From Promethearchaeota archaeon (GTDB lineage Archaea; Asgardarchaeota; Thorarchaeia; Thorarchaeales; Thorarchaeaceae), in NCBI GenBank assembly GCA_027031765.1, contig JALVPN010000040.1, positions 21,255-53,254 of the forward strand: DNA of 32,000 nucleotides. Direction: 5' to 3'. Within the stretch, counting starts at the first letter, position 1; each line of letters starts with the position of its first letter. A program made the translations under genes and the position numbers. The notes beneath the pieces were generated by a model. The model did no database searches. It was not told the origin of the DNA and worked only from the letters and a program-made list of their open reading frames with translations. Below, piece by piece: positions 27,341-32,000 of this stretch.

Positions 27341-28648
27341 TCAATCACCAAGGAACTTGCTCAGGTCAACCTTGGGGAACGATGCACGGTCAAAGCTCTT
27401 GCCCCTTGTAACAAGGGGCTTGGTGACATCGAAACCAATCTTCGTGGTCATCTTCGTGCCCGGTTCTGCACTCGGGTCAAGGGAACTGCCCGGCTCTTTG
27501 TCTTTTATTAGCATGTCCACATCTCCCTGAAACCTGGTCGCCATCGCCCACTCACGGTCCTGTTCGTCATAGATGTCAATGTCTTCATCGTACACCCAGA
27601 CATGCTTGGCACTCTTGTGTCCCTCAAATGCCCCCTGGATTGCCTTCAGACCATCATCGTCGCTCCGCTTGCGGATCTTGACAGCAACATGGAGCCAGCT
27701 TGCGCCACCAGGTGTAATGTAGACATCCAAGACATCAACCCCCTTTTCAGCTATCTTGCGGAACACTGTGGGCTCCCGTGGCAGCCCCATCAGGAGTTTG
27801 TGCTCGAAACGGCCGGGGAGCAGGGCCTGCCAGACAGCATCCCGTCGATGTGTTATCCGTTTCACCTCGAACACAGGCTCTTGGCGGACAACATCCACCG
27901 TTTCTGTCAGGTCAATGAAGGGGCCCTCGTCGTGGGTCTCGGCCTGGATAACACGTCCCTCAAGGACGAACTCACAGTCTGCGGGGATGAGCAGGTCGGA
28001 GGACTTTGCATGGGTCACCCGGATGGGACGCAGTGCATTTGCAATCTCAAGCTCGTTGATGCCAGTGTCCACCGATGTTGCAGCGGCAATCAGGACTTCG
28101 GGAGTGTTGCCGACACATAGTGCTATGTCCACTTCGCCATTGCGTTCAAGGAACTTGTGAAAGTCCCGACCACGGACCACACGCATTACCATCCGGTCCT
28201 TGCCAATCTGCATGGCCCGGTGAAAGTCAAGGTTCTGTCCGAGCTCGGGGTCACTCGACACAACAACACCAGCAGAAACATAGGGGCCCCCGTCCACCCG
28301 GTTGTGCGTCAGGATTGGGAGCCGGTCAAGGTCCACCTGCGACTCGACGACCTCTTGGCATGGTGCATCGTCGACAGTTTCGGGGACGCTCCGGTTCTCG
28401 ATTGCACGGGTCAACGTTGGGATGAGTTCCTGAGTTGAGATCCCGAAGTACTCAGCGACCTGCGCCTTCGTGCAGAACAGGTTGCCCGCCACACGGAACT
28501 CGGACTCAGCAATGTGCTCGAACAGGACAGGAGTCGGTTCCAGCGCCTTGAGGACACCAGCCGCTTCCAGCACCTTCGATGCGGCCCTTGTAATCCGACG
28601 GCCCTTCCCATCACGGATTAGGCCTTCAATGTAGTCAGCCAGTATCAT
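27341..28648 (-). CDS. UbiD-family decarboxylase, probable trans-anhydromevalonate 5-phosphate decarboxylase
   Basis: DGGPY, DFHR, EGPF.D, EH..LMG, DEDIDI, WAMATRFQ; lies between mvk and the AcnX genes. Start 28648 follows GAGGTGA. Confidence 0.87.
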   Translation of the reverse strand: MILADYIEGLIRDGKGRRITRAASKVLEAAGVLKALEPTPVLFEHIAESEFRVAGNLFCTKAQVAEYFGISTQELIPTLTRAIENRSVPETVDDAPCQEVVESQVDLDRLPILTHNRVDGGPYVSAGVVVSSDPELGQNLDFHRAMQIGKDRMVMRVVRGRDFHKFLERNGEVDIALCVGNTPEVLIAAATSVDTGINELEIANALRPIRVTHAKSSDLLIPADCEFVLEGRVIQAETHDEGPFIDLTETVDVVRQEPVFEVKRITHRRDAVWQALLPGRFEHKLLMGLPREPTVFRKIAEKGVDVLDVYITPGGASWLHVAVKIRKRSDDDGLKAIQGAFEGHKSAKHVWVYDEDIDIYDEQDREWAMATRFQGDVDMLIKDKEPGSSLDPSAEPGTKMTTKIGFDVTKPLVTRGKSFDRASFPKVDLSKFLGD

Positions 28649-28662
28649 ATCACGCATCACCT

Positions 28663-29604
28663 CTACGTCCCAAACGATGTCAACCATACGGCTGCCGCAC
28701 CAGCATCTGTGAGTGCTTCGGCCACACGTTGTTTGACCCTTTCATCCGGGACCAAGGCAATCATATTTCCACCACGGCCGGTCCCTGTGAGCTTGGCACC
28801 CAGAGCGCCATGGGCGCGGGCGGTCGTGACGAGGCTGTCCAGTTCTTCGCACGACACTGTGAGCTGCTGGAGCAGCGTGTGGTTCCGGTCCATGAGTTTG
28901 CCGACACGATCCAGGTCAAGTGCCAGGAGCGCATCACGGGCACTGTGAACCAGCGACTTGTACTCATCCACAATGCCGTCGAACCACTCAGGGTTGGCCT
29001 CCTTCTTTGCACGGACATCGCCCACCACTTCCTTCGTGCTTGCAGTAATCCCGGTGGATGCAATCACAATGTGCACGGGCCTTGCGAGCTTCAGACGCTC
29101 AAATGTGGGTGGGCCCCCACTCAGGTCACGGACATACCAGACGAGGCCGCCGAAGGTAGAGGCGGTATTGTCAATCCCAGAGGGTGTCCCATGATACCCA
29201 CGTTCGCCCTCATAGGCCGCCTCATTGACCTTCTCATCGTCTAGGCCTAACGAGAACTCGTCACTGAGCGCACGAGCAAGAGCAACGCAGTTTGCAGCAC
29301 TCGCACCAATGCCGGAGGCACAGACGAGGTCACCACCGAACTCGATGTGAATGCCGGTTTCGGAGAGGTCAATACCAAGGTGGCGGATGACATTCTCGAT
29401 TGACACCCGCTGTTCGTCCAGTTTCTTTTCCTTGTAGCCGGGCATCTCGGGCCTGTTGTCGGTCAACGTCCATCCCGGGGAGTCCGTCCTCGTCACGCGT
29501 GCAGTGGTCGTGGATGAAATGCCGGCGGCCAGTGCAGGCAGACCGTACACCACAAAATGTTCGCCAAACAGAATGGTCTTTCCGCGTCCTGATCCGACAC
29601 CCAT
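28663..29604 (-). CDS. mvk: Mevalonate kinase (GHMP family)
   Basis: GKTILFGEHFVVYG, SGIGASAA, HGTPSGIDN, GAKLTGTGRGG. Confidence 0.92.
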   Translation of the reverse strand: MGVGSGRGKTILFGEHFVVYGLPALAAGISSTTTARVTRTDSPGWTLTDNRPEMPGYKEKKLDEQRVSIENVIRHLGIDLSETGIHIEFGGDLVCASGIGASAANCVALARALSDEFSLGLDDEKVNEAAYEGERGYHGTPSGIDNTASTFGGLVWYVRDLSGGPPTFERLKLARPVHIVIASTGITASTKEVVGDVRAKKEANPEWFDGIVDEYKSLVHSARDALLALDLDRVGKLMDRNHTLLQQLTVSCEELDSLVTTARAHGALGAKLTGTGRGGNMIALVPDERVKQRVAEALTDAGAAAVWLTSFGT

Positions 29605-29796
29605 TCGTCCTCACTCTTCTTTCTTGTCTCACAGACAGAGCGGAGCAGGGCCGAGTCGACACTTGACTCAGACCGCTTATTTAAGAGTGTGGGGTCATGT
29701 CACTTTTGAAAGTATTGCTAGACCGGTGTGGTGATGTGAGTGATGCCGGAGAATGGAACGCAGGCAAAGTTGCCCAGAGGAGGTGTTGACTGAAGG

Positions 29797-30759
29797 ATGA
29801 CAAGAGTGCTCGACCTGTTCTGCGGTGCGGGTGGGTTCACCTCCGGTTTCGTCCGGGTGGTCAGCGGAGAACACCTTGCAGTCGATATTGATGAGACTGC
29901 ACTGGGCACACTGTCACAGAACTACCCACACATCAGGACCATGTGTAAGGACATCAGTACGCTCCACGCCATGGAGGTGGAGAGGGCACTTGGACGACCG
30001 GACATCATTATTGCATCACCGCCGTGCGAAGAGTTCAGTCGTGCAAACCCGGTGAGCGACACGACAGCCGCAGAGAGGATTTATGGGAGCGGGACTGCCC
30101 GTCTACTGCTTGAAACAATAAGGCTCATTGGAGACCTAAGGCCGAGCGTGTTCGTGATTGAGAATGTCGCAGCCATCCTTGACAAAGGGGGTGGCCCAAT
30201 CATCCAGTCTGAGTTCCACCGTGTTGGTATAGAGGAGGTGCACTTCAACATGATCCGGGCACACCAGCATGGCAACCCCTCAAAACGTCTACGAGTGTTC
30301 ATCAGCAACATCAAGATGTCCCTTCCACGGAGAACCCCACCACGGGTCTTTGAGGTAATAGGGGACCTCCCACCACTGGGGCTTGAGGCCATATTCTGTC
30401 CGGGGCGCGAGGTGCCAAACCATGTGCTGAAACCGCTGAGTGAAACAACACTGCGGATGGTACAGAAGACGCGGGGGAGGCGGGGAATGAAACGGTTCCG
30501 CGCGTCTGGCGACAAGATGCTCCCAAACTGGGTACGTCTGAGACCGGATCAGATTGCCACATCGATAATCGGTCACTCCCGGTATATCCACCCCTTCGAG
30601 AACCGCCTGCTGACTGTGAGAGAACACGCGAGGCTGATGTCGTATCCCGATAGCTTCATTTTCACAGGCCCGATGGAACACCAGTACAACCAAGTCGGAG
30701 AGAGTGTGCCACCACTGATATCGCGACTGATTGCAGAGGAGGTCGTATCAGAACTTTGA
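29797..30759 (+). CDS. C5-cytosine methyltransferase (Dcm-like), no cognate endonuclease adjacent
   Basis: Motif I DLFCGAGG, IV SPPC, VI ENV, VIII RLRVF, IX LTVREHARLMSYP, X QVGESVPP. Confidence 0.9.
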   Translation: MTRVLDLFCGAGGFTSGFVRVVSGEHLAVDIDETALGTLSQNYPHIRTMCKDISTLHAMEVERALGRPDIIIASPPCEEFSRANPVSDTTAAERIYGSGTARLLLETIRLIGDLRPSVFVIENVAAILDKGGGPIIQSEFHRVGIEEVHFNMIRAHQHGNPSKRLRVFISNIKMSLPRRTPPRVFEVIGDLPPLGLEAIFCPGREVPNHVLKPLSETTLRMVQKTRGRRGMKRFRASGDKMLPNWVRLRPDQIATSIIGHSRYIHPFENRLLTVREHARLMSYPDSFIFTGPMEHQYNQVGESVPPLISRLIAEEVVSEL

Positions 30760-31226
30760 CGACAACAAGAAACGTGTTTGTTGTGTTGACAAATGTCCAC
30801 TCCCCAACCAAGGTCGTAGAGACCGCCCAAGTGGTCTATGGTTTGGGGTTCCAGAACTATGTTGTTTCGAAGGCCGAAGGCGCCGCAGCACAGGCTGGAG
30901 TCCCGGAGGCAAACAAGCTCGCCCTGCGGATGAAGCGGAACTTCATGGTACTACCAGACTTGCCTGATGTCCTCGAGGTGCTTGGTGTCAGTACACCCAT
31001 ACTTGTGGTCTCACCCGTGCTCACAAAGGAGCGACTGGACCTGCAAGACTTGGCAGAGAGGGTAAAGTCAGGAGAACGTGTTGCAGTAGTCCTATCTGGC
31101 AGCACGAGCTCGTTCTCGCGTCGCGAGATGGACTTGGGAGAGTGCAAGAGTCTTGAGGCCGAGGTGGACATTGGGCCAGCAGGGACAGCAGCCGTCGTCC
31201 TGTATGGCGTCCTGAGGAGGCTGTAA
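30756..31226 (+). CDS. Small archaeal SPOUT-like protein (COG4080/DUF2122-like), coupled to the methyltransferase
   Basis: TTG overlaps the upstream TGA; AAAQAGVPEANKLA, LPDLPDVLEVL, FSRREMDLG recalled as typical of this family. Confidence 0.7.
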   Translation: MTTTRNVFVVLTNVHSPTKVVETAQVVYGLGFQNYVVSKAEGAAAQAGVPEANKLALRMKRNFMVLPDLPDVLEVLGVSTPILVVSPVLTKERLDLQDLAERVKSGERVAVVLSGSTSSFSRREMDLGECKSLEAEVDIGPAGTAAVVLYGVLRRL

Positions 31227-31353
31227 ACAGGACATCATAGGACTGGCATGTGCAGGAAGGAAGTCCAGTCAGAGAGGGGTATGGGGGTTGGCTTGCCATC
31301 GACAGGCAGTGCTAACATTGGGTTGCTGTTTGTTGGGAGGAAAAGGGGAGGAA

Positions 31354-31462
31354 TGGTGGGCCGGACGAGATTTGAACTCGCGACCCCTTGGTCCCGAACC
31401 AAGGATCAGTGTGGTGAGGCCAAGCACACTGTGGCCTCAATACCAAGCTAGACCACCGACCC
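31354..31462 (-). tRNA. tRNA-Pro(CGG) with a 32-nt intron at position 21/22; CCA encoded
   Basis: Exon 1 31462-31441 GGGUCGGUGGUCUAGCUUGGUA; intron 31440-31409; exon 2 UGAUC CUUGG UU CGG GA CCAAG GGGUC GCGAG UUCAAAU CUCGU CCGGCCC A CCA. Confidence 0.95.
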
Positions 31463-31501
31463 ACGTTTGAACTGCACTATGAGTTGCTCCACAGTGCGGA
31501 T

Positions 31502-32000
31502 TTAATCATTTCGTTGCTGCGCCTGCTGTAACTCGGAAACTGTGCCGATATGCGTGCCATTTGTACTCAGGACACGTGTCGCACCTATGTCAACACACCC
31601 GCTATTGAACAGTGGCCCTATGAGGCGAGATGGGGGTGACCGGTTTACAGGAGTGCCAGGAATGAGCGGGTTGATGCTGGGAAGAGTCACGAGCGTGGAC
31701 CTCCCAACAGAACGGTCGGACATGGAGAGCACGCGACGGACGCAACCGGTGTCCAGTGGGGACAGCAGTATGACCGGGGACGGGACGGCCCTACGTGACA
31801 TCTTGGGCCGGCCAATCCCAGGCGCACTGACAATCCTGTGCCGTTGTACCGCTGGATGCACATGACCTCCGACAACAATCTCGCAGTCAAGGACTTCAGG
31901 TGATGGCCACGCATGGCCATGGACAAGTCCGACAGAGGGCATTGACCCAGAAGAGGGGATGACCATACCACGGACACTGGCAAAACGAACGGATCTGGGC
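31502..32000 (-). CDS. Calcineurin-like metallophosphoesterase, C-terminal part; start lies outside the window
   Basis: Frame open to the right edge; VHGHAW, GGHVHP, LPSINPL. Confidence 0.75.
   Translation of the reverse strand, partial: PRSVRFASVRGMVIPSSGSMPSVGLVHGHAWPSPEVLDCEIVVGGHVHPAVQRHRIVSAPGIGRPKMSRRAVPSPVILLSPLDTGCVRRVLSMSDRSVGRSTLVTLPSINPLIPGTPVNRSPPSRLIGPLFNSGCVDIGATRVLSTNGTHIGTVSELQQAQQRND

Noticed and set aside
29797-31226. Restriction-modification or defence island
   Set aside because: No endonuclease, integrase or transposase is present; the partner gene looks SPOUT-like despite the legacy RecB-nuclease label I recall for this family.
1-32000. CRISPR arrays, IS elements, prophage, rRNA, C/D-box guide RNAs
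   Set aside because: No repeat-spacer periodicity, terminal inverted repeats, transposase, integrase or rRNA signatures, or paired RUGAUGA/CUGA boxes were found by eye.

Overview
Housekeeping-rich archaeal chromosome segment. The eukaryote-like STT3, an OSTC/DC2-like OST subunit, an Arf/Rab-type small GTPase, the archaeal ribosomal-protein/RNAP operons and the ether-lipid genes point to an Asgard archaeon, probably Thorarchaeia-like (inference). Left to right: STT3/AglB (cut by the window edge), gcvH-gcvT, folP-mptE, OSTC-like, topA plus a small Zn protein, a PAC-like protein, XPD helicase, YqgF-like RNase H-fold protein, radB, carS, a CBS protein, EF-1alpha, a membrane Zn-ribbon protein, SRP (7S) RNA, aIF5B, an inverted ndk, rpl24e/rps28e/rpl7ae, egsA, a small GTPase, rpoD-rpl18e-rpl13-rps9-rpoN-rps2, a four-gene archaeal mevalonate operon, a C5-methyltransferase plus SPOUT-like pair, an intron-containing tRNA-Pro(CGG) and a partial metallophosphoesterase. 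No mobile element, CRISPR array or prophage was seen. The ORF track missed STT3 and both RNA genes. Most notable: an SRP RNA whose helix 8 loop is UGGC instead of GNRA, a FolP with its accessory domain at the C-terminus, a mevalonate kinase resembling the trypanosomatid enzyme, a DC2/OSTC-sized OST subunit, a structured K-turn-like leader before rpoD, and a tRNA intron at position 21/22. All family assignments come from manual motif reading and recalled sequences; no database search or folding program was run.
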